Assembly: GCA_027450205.1 (NCBI GenBank)
Contig: DAIDJL010000004.1
Location: 11,932-75,931 of the forward strand
Reading direction: 5' to 3'
DNA from: Candidatus Parcubacteria bacterium
GTDB taxonomy: Bacteria > Patescibacteriota > Minisyncoccia > UBA6257 > 2-01-FULL-56-20
DNA: 64,000 nt
Within the stretch, counting starts at the first letter, position 1. Every line of letters begins with the position of its first letter. Below are positions 8,729-16,725 of this stretch, in pieces. The notes under the pieces are model-generated. The model was not told where the DNA came from. It worked only from the letters and a program-made list of their open reading frames with translations, and ran no database searches. Made by a program: the position numbers and the translations under genes.

Positions 8729-8956
8729 ATGAGCCGAAGATCGCCCGAACAATCCTTTCAGCCGGAGCAGGGGAACCTTTTCCCCGACGATCCCGAGTTT
8801 TTGGCGATCATGGAATCGGTGCGAAAGGCGAATCCGCAGACATCATTTTCCAAAAATGACGAAGCATTGAAACAATTGGCGGAGATCGAATGGGAGCGCC
8901 GAAAATCCGGCAAGCGGATGCCGCGATCCGAGGAGCACGACCATTTTCTTGATTGA
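8729..8956 (+). CDS. Hypothetical small acidic protein (75 aa) upstream of prfB
   Basis: The in-frame ATG at 8729 lies just 3' of tRNA-Thr. The track start at 8702 overlaps the tRNA and is unlikely. No family is recognised. Confidence 0.35.
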   Translation: MSRRSPEQSFQPEQGNLFPDDPEFLAIMESVRKANPQTSFSKNDEALKQLAEIEWERRKSGKRMPRSEEHDHFLD

Positions 8957-8969
8957 TTTTTAAAAAAAC

Positions 8970-10011
8970 ATGGACCACTCAGAACAACTCAACGAATTGG
9001 ATGCCGAAGCTCGCCGGTTGGGCGAGCGTCTTTGACCTCGGCGCAAAACGAAAGCGGATCGCGGAGCTTGAGGCGGAAATGTCATCCGCCGGTTTTTGGA
9101 GTGACCGCCAGAACGCGGATGCAAAGATACAGGAGCTCGGCGAATTGAACGACGTCGTCTCCCGGTGGAGCGATATCCGGACCGGCATCGCCGGGCTCGG
9201 GTCCGCGTTTGATGAAAATAGTTTCCATGATGTTAAACGCAAGTTCCGCGAATTCGAGCTGACGCAGCTTTTCGCCGGTCGTTATGACAAGCAGGCCGCG
9301 GTGCTTGCGATCTATCCGGGTGCGGGCGGCGATGATGCCTTGGACTGGGCGCGGATGCTGGGCGTTATGTACGAGGGCTACGCGAAGCAGCGCGGGTGGA
9401 AGGTGCGTGAAGTGGATGACAATCCGCGTTCGCGCACGATCGAGATCACCGGCCCGTACGCATATGGTTATTTAAAGAACGAATCCGGAGTGCACCGGTT
9501 GGTGCGCATTTCGCCGTTCAACGCGAAGCATTCGCGCGAGACGTCGTTCGCGCTCGTGGAGGTGGTGCCCGATCTGCCGCAGCTCGACGAATCGAAATTG
9601 CAGATCCCGGAAAGCGATCTTAAATTCGAATTTTCCCGCGCCGGCGGTCCGGGCGGCCAGAACGTGAATAAAGTGGAGACGGCGGTGCGCGTGATCCACG
9701 TGCCCACCGGCATCGCGATCAGCTCGCGCGCCCAGCGCTCCCAACAGCAGAACCGCGAGCAGGCATTAAAAATATTGAAGGCAAAGCTTTTTCAATTGAT
9801 GGAGCGGGAAAAAGTGGAAGAGGTGGGTGCGTTGCGTACGAAAGTGAAGCCGGAGTGGGGAAGTCAGATCCGTTCGTACGTATTAAACCCATATCAGATG
9901 GTGAAGGATCACCGTACCGAAGCGGAAACGGCGCGCGTGGATGACGTGCTGGCGGGAAATATCGATATGTTCATAGAAGCGATGTTGGAGCAACCGAAGC
10001 TTGACAAATAG
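8970..10011 (+). CDS. prfB: Peptide chain release factor 2, with programmed +1 ribosomal frameshift
   Basis: ATG at 8970 opens a 21-codon frame [21 protein letters not shown] that ends at the canonical CTT TGA C shift site (9030-9036). The +1 frame continues [14 protein letters not shown] through to the conserved GGQ motif ([13 protein letters not shown]). The six-frame track's TTG start at 8953 is an artefact of the frame switch. Confidence 0.9.
9030..9036 (+). other. prfB +1 programmed frameshift site CTT TGA C
   Basis: Sequence cgtCTTTGACctc. The 0-frame stop is TGA, and the +1-frame GAC begins the RF2 body. Confidence 0.85.
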
Positions 10012-10206
10012 CCATATTATGGCATATAATATATTCGAAGATTAGAGCCCTTTTACAGTCATAAAATCAATTGAATTAATGGTTTGGTTGCGGCCCTTGG
10101 CGCGTAGAAGCGTATGCGTCGCGGGTCGCAACCAACCCCGGAGGAACATCATCCGAAGCAGCGCGATGTTCAGGGACTTGGACGGCAGAAAAAGGAGGAC
10201 TTGCGC

Positions 10207-10884
10207 ATGAAAAACGCAACCCTTGAACAAGGAATGAAAGTGCAGAAAATGATCGTGGATAAAGGAACGCCGGACGAGCAGCTCCAGTGGACGCTGGAAT
10301 CGGGGGCGTTGTCCGACCTCTTCGATGCGAACCCCATAGAGTTCAACCGCGATGCTTTCCGGGCGTTTCTCGGCCTCAAACCGTTGAACCCACCGGCTCC
10401 GCCACTCCTCATTCCTGTCGGCACAACGACCGTGGCCGCAACGACGAATCCGTTCGTCGTCCGCGACCGCATCGTCGTGAATACCCCGAAGAACGCGCCC
10501 GTGAAGATTTACTTCGTGAGCGACTACTTCAAGCAGTGCTTCTACGGAAAGACGGAAGAGGCATTCGGGGGATCGACGCTTAACTATGGCAAGCTCTCGC
10601 GCTCGTCCGTGGATGGCCCGATCATCGCTGAACTCGGCGGCAAAGCCAAGGCAGAGACCACCCTCACCGAGGTCTATGCGCTCATGGAAGTGCAGAAGAA
10701 CGGCGAGAAAGATCCTCTGCTCACCAATGGTTACGCGAACATTTTCTATGTCCGTGACATCAATGGCGTGCTCCGCGCGGTCGTCGTGTACTGGAACGGC
10801 GTCGGCTGGCGCGTGGACGCGGACGGCGTCACGCACCCGGGCGCGTGGGACGTTGGCGACCAGGTGTTTTCCCGCAATTCTTGA
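10207..10884 (+). CDS. Hypothetical protein (no recognisable family)
   Basis: Strong RBS AAAGGAGGA 8 nt before the ATG at 10207, preferred over the track start at 10114. The C-terminus is ...VVVYWNGVGWRVDADGV. The gene ends at tandem hairpin terminators. Confidence 0.6.
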   Translation: MKNATLEQGMKVQKMIVDKGTPDEQLQWTLESGALSDLFDANPIEFNRDAFRAFLGLKPLNPPAPPLLIPVGTTTVAATTNPFVVRDRIVVNTPKNAPVKIYFVSDYFKQCFYGKTEEAFGGSTLNYGKLSRSSVDGPIIAELGGKAKAETTLTEVYALMEVQKNGEKDPLLTNGYANIFYVRDINGVLRAVVVYWNGVGWRVDADGVTHPGAWDVGDQVFSRNS

Positions 10885-10945
10885 AATCTTGAGTACCTTG
10901 GGTTCTACGATTTTTTTAGAACCCTTGGACTCTTCAACCCTTTGA

Positions 10946-10986
10946 CCCTCGCATCTTTTTCGGAAGGAGCGAGGGTTATTTTTTTT
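10946..10986 (+). terminator. Intrinsic terminator
   Basis: Hairpin CCCTCGC ... GCGAGGG followed by a T8 run. A second hairpin GGGTTCTA ... TAGAACCC sits just upstream, followed by a TATACT -10-like box. Confidence 0.6.
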
Positions 10987-10998
10987 GCTATACTATGC

Positions 10999-11328
10999 AA
11001 TGAAAGCTCGCATACGGAACGGTCATGGCTTTTCCGTCGCGCTTTTAGAAAACTATTCTGCCGGAATCGCGCCGGGTACGCCTTGCGCGAGTGCGTGAAT
11101 CGGTTTCTTTCAAAAATTCAAGAAATGGATAATATTCTAGCGCTTCGCGATGATTTGCGAAATGGCACATATCGGCATGGCGGCTATCAGGCATTCAACA
11201 TTTCCGACCCCAAGCCGCGGAATATCCACAAGGCATCGGTGCGTGACCGCCTATTACCCCCCCGCGACCAGTCATTAATTCTTATAAGGGAATGCTTAGC
11301 CACGGCAATGCCTATAAACAAACATTAA
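10999..11328 (+). pseudogene. N-terminal fragment of a retroelement reverse transcriptase, DGR-type RT-like, truncated
   Basis: The translation ...ILALRDDLRNGTYRHGGYQAFNISDPKPRNIHKASVRDRL matches the N-terminal/motif-1 region of retroelement RTs (consensus G.Y..G.Y..F.I.(D/E)PKPR.I....(F/V)RDR(L/V)). This is closest to diversity-generating-retroelement RTs as recalled. The frame stops 10 codons after RDRL. No RT motifs 2-7 (YxDD etc.) exist downstream, and there is no usable ATG. Confidence 0.5.
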
Positions 11329-11380
11329 ATCTTCCTTAAAAAGTTTTTGACTTTGTTTTTGTGGAGATTATGCTTGTTGT

Positions 11381-11749
11381 ATGAAAAAAACAAAACTAAC
11401 AAAGAAGAAAATGACGATCGAGGATCTGGCAGTAAAAATGGATGGATTAGCGACCAAAACCGATCTAAAAATAGACGAGTCTGTAGGCAGTCTGGCCATT
11501 ATGGTTCAGAACGGCTTTATGGAAACCGCAAAACAAGAAGATCTACTTGCACTTACCGAGCGTGTCAAAAAAATAGAAGAACGTCTTGATGGGCATGATA
11601 AGGAATTTAAGGGCATGCATCAAAATTTTGACGATTTATTTCAAAAGATCAAAGAAATAAGAGAGGATATGAAGGAAGCCGACAGTCGCGCCGACGTGGT
11701 AGACCTGCAGATCCGCGTAAGCAAACTCGAAAAGAAAATTCGTTCATAA
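11381..11749 (+). CDS. Hypothetical coiled-coil protein (K/E-rich, 122 aa) in an AT-rich insert
   Basis: Strongly helical heptad-like sequence. GC is markedly lower than the surroundings. The TTGACT -35-like box lies upstream. Confidence 0.55.
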   Translation: MKKTKLTKKKMTIEDLAVKMDGLATKTDLKIDESVGSLAIMVQNGFMETAKQEDLLALTERVKKIEERLDGHDKEFKGMHQNFDDLFQKIKEIREDMKEADSRADVVDLQIRVSKLEKKIRS

Positions 11750-11773
11750 TATTTTCAAAGAATATTGTATTTT

Positions 11774-11888
11774 GGGCTCATCCCTTTATCTTTTAAAAGG
11801 CGTCTCGGAGCCGCGAGGGCGGCGAGAGCCGAGGCGCGCACTCAGCAGAGGGTGATGACGTACTTTTAAAAGATAAGAGGATGAGCCC
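11774..11888. repeat. Hairpin-flanked structured repeat, copy 1 (26-bp imperfect inverted repeat arms around a ~55-nt conserved GC-rich core)
   Basis: Arms GGGCTCATCCCTTTATCTTTTAAAAG / CTTTTAAAAGATAAGAGGATGAGCCC. The core CGGAGCCGCGAGGGCGGCGAGAGCCGAGGCGCGCACTCAGCAGAGGGTGATGACG recurs at 49.7 kb with compensatory changes. Confidence 0.6.
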
Positions 11889-11927
11889 TGGTGGGATATT
11901 TTTTTAAAATAGTGTATCATTAAGTAC

Positions 11928-12611
11928 GTGATCGTTTTCCAGGGAGTTTCCAAGCATTATACGGGCCACGGGGTCGCACTTGAGGATGTTGATTTCCAGA
12001 TCGACCCCGGAGAATTTGTTTCTCTCGCCGGCCGCTCGGGCGCCGGAAAGTCCACTATTATAAAGTTATTGATTGGAGAGGAAAAACCGTCAAAAGGACG
12101 CGTTTTTTTCGGGCAATATGAGGTGAACAAGCTGCAGGACAACGAACTACCGGCATTCCGGCGCCACATCGGGGTCGTGTTCCAGGATTTTCGCCTGCTT
12201 CCCACCAAGACCGCGTATGAAAACGTTGCGTTTGCGCTTGAAGTTGCCGGCCGGCCCCAGCGGGAGATCGCCGAGCTTGTGCCGCAGGTATTGGATATGG
12301 TGGGCCTGGGAGACAAGACGAAGAATTTCCCCAACGAACTTTCCGGCGGAGAGCGCCAGCGCGTCGCGATCGCACGTGCGATGATCCATCGCCCGGAGGT
12401 CGTTATCGCCGACGAGCCCACGGGCAATCTCGACCCATTCCACACGTTCGAGATCATTAAGCTGTTGGAAAAGATCAACCAGCTTGGCACCACGGTGGTG
12501 CTTGCCACCCACGACAAGGAGATCATCAATACCCTTGAGCGACGGGTATTGACGCTGGACAAGGGCCGCCTCATTCGCGACGAGAAAAAAGGAAAATATA
12601 TCCTGGTCTGA
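11928..12611 (+). CDS. ftsE: Cell division ATP-binding protein FtsE
   Basis: Walker A GRSGAGKST, ABC signature LSGGERQR, Walker B VVIADEPTGNLD. High similarity to E. coli FtsE. GTG start. Confidence 0.9.
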   Translation: MIVFQGVSKHYTGHGVALEDVDFQIDPGEFVSLAGRSGAGKSTIIKLLIGEEKPSKGRVFFGQYEVNKLQDNELPAFRRHIGVVFQDFRLLPTKTAYENVAFALEVAGRPQREIAELVPQVLDMVGLGDKTKNFPNELSGGERQRVAIARAMIHRPEVVIADEPTGNLDPFHTFEIIKLLEKINQLGTTVVLATHDKEIINTLERRVLTLDKGRLIRDEKKGKYILV

Positions 12612-12641
12612 CGTCGGGCCAACAATGTATAATAATTAAAG

Positions 12642-13550
12642 ATGTTCACCATCATTTCGCGTATCTTCCATTTCGGGTTCAAGAATTTCTGGCGGAACGG
12701 CTGGCTTTCCACGGCGACGATCGCCATCATGACGCTCGCGGCGATCGGATTTTTAGGTCTTATTATTTTTGGCGTCGTCACTCACGCTGCGGCGTCCGCG
12801 ATCCAGGATAAGATAGATATCAGCGTTTATTTCAACACCAATACGCCCGAGGACGAGATATTGAACATCCAGCAGTCGCTTGAGGGATTGTCGCAGGTGG
12901 CAAGCGTGGATTATATCTCCCAGGACCAGGCGCTTGCGACGTTCCAAAAGAATCACGCGAACGACCCGACGGTCAGTCAGGCCATCAATGCGCTTGACGC
13001 CAATCCACTTGAGGCGTCGCTCAACATCAAAGCGAAGGATCCGAGCCAGTACGGCGCCATCAATGATTATCTGAGCTCCCCGGATCTTGCTTCGTATATA
13101 GACACCATCAGTTACACGCAGAACCAGGATGTGATCAACCGTCTGGCCGCGATTGTGCGCGATGTTTCGATCGGCGGATGGCTTATGACCATTTTCCTTG
13201 CGCTCGTCGCGGGACTTGTCATGTTCAATACGATCCGCCTTGCCATTTATTCCAATCGCGAGGAGATCGGCGTGATGCGCGTGGTGGGGGCGTCAAACAG
13301 TCTGGTGCGCGGCCCGTTTGTGGTAGAGGGCATGTTGTGGGGATTGATCGCCGCGCTCATCAGTCTTGTCGTGTTTGCCCCCGTACTCTATTTCGTTTCG
13401 CCCTATCTTAACGAATTCATTCCGGGCCTGGATATTTTCAGGTATTTTTATACGCACATCATCCTGCTTTTCATCTATGAACTGCTCTTTGGGGTCGTCA
13501 TCGGAGGATTGTCCAGTTTCTGGGCCGTCCGCCGTTATTTGAAGAATTAG
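12642..13550 (+). CDS. ftsX: Cell division permease FtsX
   Basis: FtsX topology with N-terminal TM, large extracytoplasmic loop, three C-terminal TMs and the conserved R-x-E-I-x-V-M block (REEIGVMRVVGAS). Confidence 0.85.
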   Translation: MFTIISRIFHFGFKNFWRNGWLSTATIAIMTLAAIGFLGLIIFGVVTHAAASAIQDKIDISVYFNTNTPEDEILNIQQSLEGLSQVASVDYISQDQALATFQKNHANDPTVSQAINALDANPLEASLNIKAKDPSQYGAINDYLSSPDLASYIDTISYTQNQDVINRLAAIVRDVSIGGWLMTIFLALVAGLVMFNTIRLAIYSNREEIGVMRVVGASNSLVRGPFVVEGMLWGLIAALISLVVFAPVLYFVSPYLNEFIPGLDIFRYFYTHIILLFIYELLFGVVIGGLSSFWAVRRYLKN

Positions 13551-13631
13551 CCCTTGAACGATCTCGTTCCACAACCATTGCCGCCGGCGGAGGAAGGCCC
13601 GAAGCCGCCGCTGCACCACGATGCGCCCGCT

Positions 13632-14522
13632 ATGGCGCGCAAACATAAGGCAAGGCGCCGGCTGGCCGTGGCCGCCGTCATCGTGGCTGCCGCCGGCATG
13701 GCGTTGTGGTATTTCCAAAAATCACTTTCTTTGCCGTTGCAGCATATTGCCGAATTCGGCAATTCCATCGATACCTCACTGACAAATCAGCTGGAACAGA
13801 ATTTTTCCGCACCGTCGCCGTTGCAGCAGGTTACCAAGGCGACGCCCAAAAAAACAAACATTCTCACCGTTGCGGGGGTGATCGCGCAGACGAACATGCA
13901 GCGGGCGCAGAATGGCGACCTCCCGCCGCTTTCGGAGAATGCCACGCTTGACGCTATCGCTACGCTTCGCATTTCCGATATGTTTGCCCAGCAATATTTT
14001 GCACACGTCGGGCCGCAGGGTGAGAGCGCGCTTACCGTGGCGAGCAGCGTACATTACGCGCATCTTGCGCTTGGCGAGAATCTTGCGCTTGGGTTGTTTG
14101 CCGGTGATGCCGGTGTGGTGGATGCGTGGATGAACAGTCCCGGCCACCGCGCGAATATTTTGAACGCGCACTATACGCAGATCGGCGTTGCCGTGCGTGA
14201 GGGGATGTTCCAGGGACAGGAGACGTGGATCGCGGTGCAGGTATTCGGCCGGCCGGCATCCGATTGTCCGTCGCCGGATGCGAATTTGAAGACCAGCATA
14301 GACCTCTCCGAAAAACAGATCAGCGCGATGGCTGCGGAACTCACGTCCGACAGAGCCGCCATAGCCGCCATGTCGCCGCAGGCCGGACCGCAATACAACG
14401 CAAAGGTGGAAGATTACAATAATCTTGCGGCGCAATATAACAACCTCGTCGCAGAGACCAAGACCGCCATCGGCATGTATAACGACGAGGTTGCCGCGTT
14501 CAACCAGTGCCTCAGCGAATAG
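13632..14522 (+). CDS. Membrane-anchored CAP/SCP (PR-1-like, YkwD-type) domain protein
   Basis: CAP motif GHRANILNAHYTQIGVAV plus TM anchor AVAAVIVAAAGMALWYF. The ATG at 13632 is preferred over the track's TTG at 13554. Confidence 0.7.
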   Translation: MARKHKARRRLAVAAVIVAAAGMALWYFQKSLSLPLQHIAEFGNSIDTSLTNQLEQNFSAPSPLQQVTKATPKKTNILTVAGVIAQTNMQRAQNGDLPPLSENATLDAIATLRISDMFAQQYFAHVGPQGESALTVASSVHYAHLALGENLALGLFAGDAGVVDAWMNSPGHRANILNAHYTQIGVAVREGMFQGQETWIAVQVFGRPASDCPSPDANLKTSIDLSEKQISAMAAELTSDRAAIAAMSPQAGPQYNAKVEDYNNLAAQYNNLVAETKTAIGMYNDEVAAFNQCLSE

Positions 14523-14573
14523 CTGACCCTCTCCGCTGGTAAAAAAGCCGTTATTTTGCTATCATTGCGGTGT

Positions 14574-15320
14574 ATGTTGAACATTTCCCTTGTCGCGGAG
14601 AAAGTTTTTTCTATCGGGCCGTTCCCGGTGACGAATGCACTGCTTTTATCGTTCGTGGTGCTTGTGGTTGCCGCCGTCATTGCCGTCACCCTCAAAACAA
14701 AGCTTGCGATGGTTCCCGGCATGTTGCAGAACATCGCCGAAGTAGCGCTTGAAGGCGCGCTTGGCCTGATGGATTCGGTGCTGGGAAGCCGTAGGCAATC
14801 GGAGAAATACCTTCCGCTCGTATTCACGATTTTTATTTTCATACTCATTTCCAACTGGTTCGGGCTGGTTCCCGGCGTCGGTTCGGTGACGATCGGCCAT
14901 GGCGCGGACGCAGTGCCGCTGCTTCGGTCGCCCGCAAGCGACATTAATTTTACGCTCGCACTCGCGCTTATCGCCGTTACGATGGTGAACGTGTTCGCGG
15001 TCTCGATCGTCGGGTTGCGTGAACGCGCGTCCGTTTTTTTTAACTTTGGCAGCCCGATCAAGCTTTTCGTCGGATTGCTTGAGCTTATCTCTGAATTTGC
15101 TAGAATTATCTCGTTCACGTTCCGTCTTTTCGGCAACGTGTTCGCGGGCGAGGTCCTGCTTGCCATCATGGCGCTTCTTGTGCCATATCTCGTTCCATTA
15201 CCGTTCATGTTCCTGGAGGTGTTCGTGGGATTCATCCAGGCGTTCATTTTCGGGATGCTCACTCTGATATTCGTGGCGCTGGCGATCACCCCTCATGAAG
15301 GCGAGGCGGCGGGTCATTGA
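14574..15320 (+). CDS. atpB: F-type ATP synthase subunit a
   Basis: Conserved Arg-containing helix ISFTFRLFGNVFAGE. Five to six TM helices. Confidence 0.85.
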   Translation: MLNISLVAEKVFSIGPFPVTNALLLSFVVLVVAAVIAVTLKTKLAMVPGMLQNIAEVALEGALGLMDSVLGSRRQSEKYLPLVFTIFIFILISNWFGLVPGVGSVTIGHGADAVPLLRSPASDINFTLALALIAVTMVNVFAVSIVGLRERASVFFNFGSPIKLFVGLLELISEFARIISFTFRLFGNVFAGEVLLAIMALLVPYLVPLPFMFLEVFVGFIQAFIFGMLTLIFVALAITPHEGEAAGH

Positions 15321-15454
15321 TGCCGCGGGTGGAAAGGTCGTTATTAAATTAAATAAATCCCAAATTCCAATATCCAAACCCCAAATAAGCATCCAAACCC
15401 TAAATTTCAATTTGGAATTTGAGCTTTGGGGTTCAGGCATTATTTGGAATTTAG

Positions 15455-15712
<258 letters not shown>

Positions 15713-15749
15713 CCGTTTTGTGCAGTAAACGCCGCCGGACGGCGTTACG

Positions 15750-16298
15750 ATGCCCTTGGCGCCAAAGAATCTATTTCACGCAAAAAATCATATGCAGCAA
15801 TTAGTGGATCAATTGGGTATCAATTGGCAGCTCCTGCTCAGTCAGGCGGTCAATTTTGCGCTGCTTCTGATCGTGTTGCGTATTTTTGTGTATAAGCCGT
15901 TATTGAAGCTGTTGCACGACCGGCGCGAGAAGATCGAGGGAGGGTTGGTGAAGGCCGAAGAGGCCGAACGCCGCCTTCACGAAGTTGACGAGATCGGCAA
16001 GGGAAAGATCAAGCATGCCGAAGCGGAAGCGGTCAGCATTCTCAAGAAGACGGAGTCGGACGCGAAGACGCTCGAGGAAAAACTTCTCGCCGAAGCCAGG
16101 CGCCGCGAGGAAGAAGCGATGGCCGGTGCCGCCGTGCGCCTGCGTTCACAGGAAGAAGAATCGCGCCGCGCGATGGAAAAAGAAGCAGCGGCGCTCGTGC
16201 GCGCCGCCATCGTGAGAACGGTCGAACTCTCGCCGGAAAAGATAGATGATGCCTTGATCGCAAAAGCGGTCGGCGAGGCGAAACAGCAGGTCGCATGA
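15750..16298 (+). CDS. atpF: F-type ATP synthase subunit b
   Basis: Single N-terminal TM followed by a long charged helix (A/E/R-rich). The start could instead be the internal ATG at 15792. Confidence 0.8.
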   Translation: MPLAPKNLFHAKNHMQQLVDQLGINWQLLLSQAVNFALLLIVLRIFVYKPLLKLLHDRREKIEGGLVKAEEAERRLHEVDEIGKGKIKHAEAEAVSILKKTESDAKTLEEKLLAEARRREEEAMAGAAVRLRSQEEESRRAMEKEAAALVRAAIVRTVELSPEKIDDALIAKAVGEAKQQVA

Positions 16299-16681
16299 GA
16301 TATCCCGCGCACATTTACGCAAAAGCGCTCGTAGACGTTTTGTCCGTGCCTGCTGGTCCGGGCAAAAAACATGACGACGAGATCGCAAAGAATTTTCTCG
16401 CGCTCGTGCGGAAGAACGGCGACGAGGGGCATCTGCAGAAGATCCTTGAGGAGGCGTCGCGGTTCGCGCGCGGCAAGAGCGGCGTGCGGAAGGTCACCAT
16501 CGCTTCGGCGCGGGAACTGAGCTCTTTGCAGGGCAGGCATCTGGACCAATTCGTAAAGCCGGGGGATGTCGTCGTGAGACGGATCGATTCCGATCTCATC
16601 GCGGGGGTTAAGATCACCATCAACGACGAATTGCAGTTCGACGGGTCGCTGAAGAACAAATTAAACAAGATGCTCCGCTGA
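16295..16681 (+). CDS. atpH: F-type ATP synthase subunit delta (OSCP), short form
   Basis: C-terminal delta motif IDSDLIAGVKITINDELQFDGSLKNKL. The start overlaps the atpF stop (ATGA). Confidence 0.8.
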   Translation: MRYPAHIYAKALVDVLSVPAGPGKKHDDEIAKNFLALVRKNGDEGHLQKILEEASRFARGKSGVRKVTIASARELSSLQGRHLDQFVKPGDVVVRRIDSDLIAGVKITINDELQFDGSLKNKLNKMLR

Positions 16682-16725
16682 TATCCTGGAATTTAGTCAC
16701 GTGGTATTTGGAATTTTAACTATAT

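Noticed and set aside
7538-8752. Several 70-150-aa ORFs overlapping the tRNA genes (7538-7762, 7645-7872, 8128-8577, 8375-8752, 8457-8721)
   Set aside because: They translate through tRNA cloverleaf sequence (e.g. MRVGFEPT from the T-loop) on either strand. These are artefacts of the tRNA cluster.
8953-10011. Track ORF with TTG start presented as an independent 352-aa gene
   Set aside because: It is the +1-frame body of prfB. The true start is the ATG at 8970 in the other frame, joined via the CTT TGA C frameshift.
10042-10836. 264-aa minus-strand ORF overlapping the hypothetical gene at 10207-10884
   Set aside because: It is antisense to a gene with a strong RBS and proper terminators, has His/Arg-rich low-complexity content, and has no start context.
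10700-11100. Search for a DGR template repeat / variable repeat pair around the RT fragment
   Set aside because: No pair of 60 to 150-bp near-identical segments with adenine-specific differences was found in the window. The DGR call therefore rests on the RT fragment alone.
11381-11749. Coiled-coil protein considered as the DGR accessory protein Avd
   Set aside because: Avd is a basic four-helix-bundle protein normally encoded upstream of the TR-RT unit. This K/E-rich heptad protein lies downstream of the broken RT in foreign-looking AT-rich DNA and shows no Avd-like sequence features.
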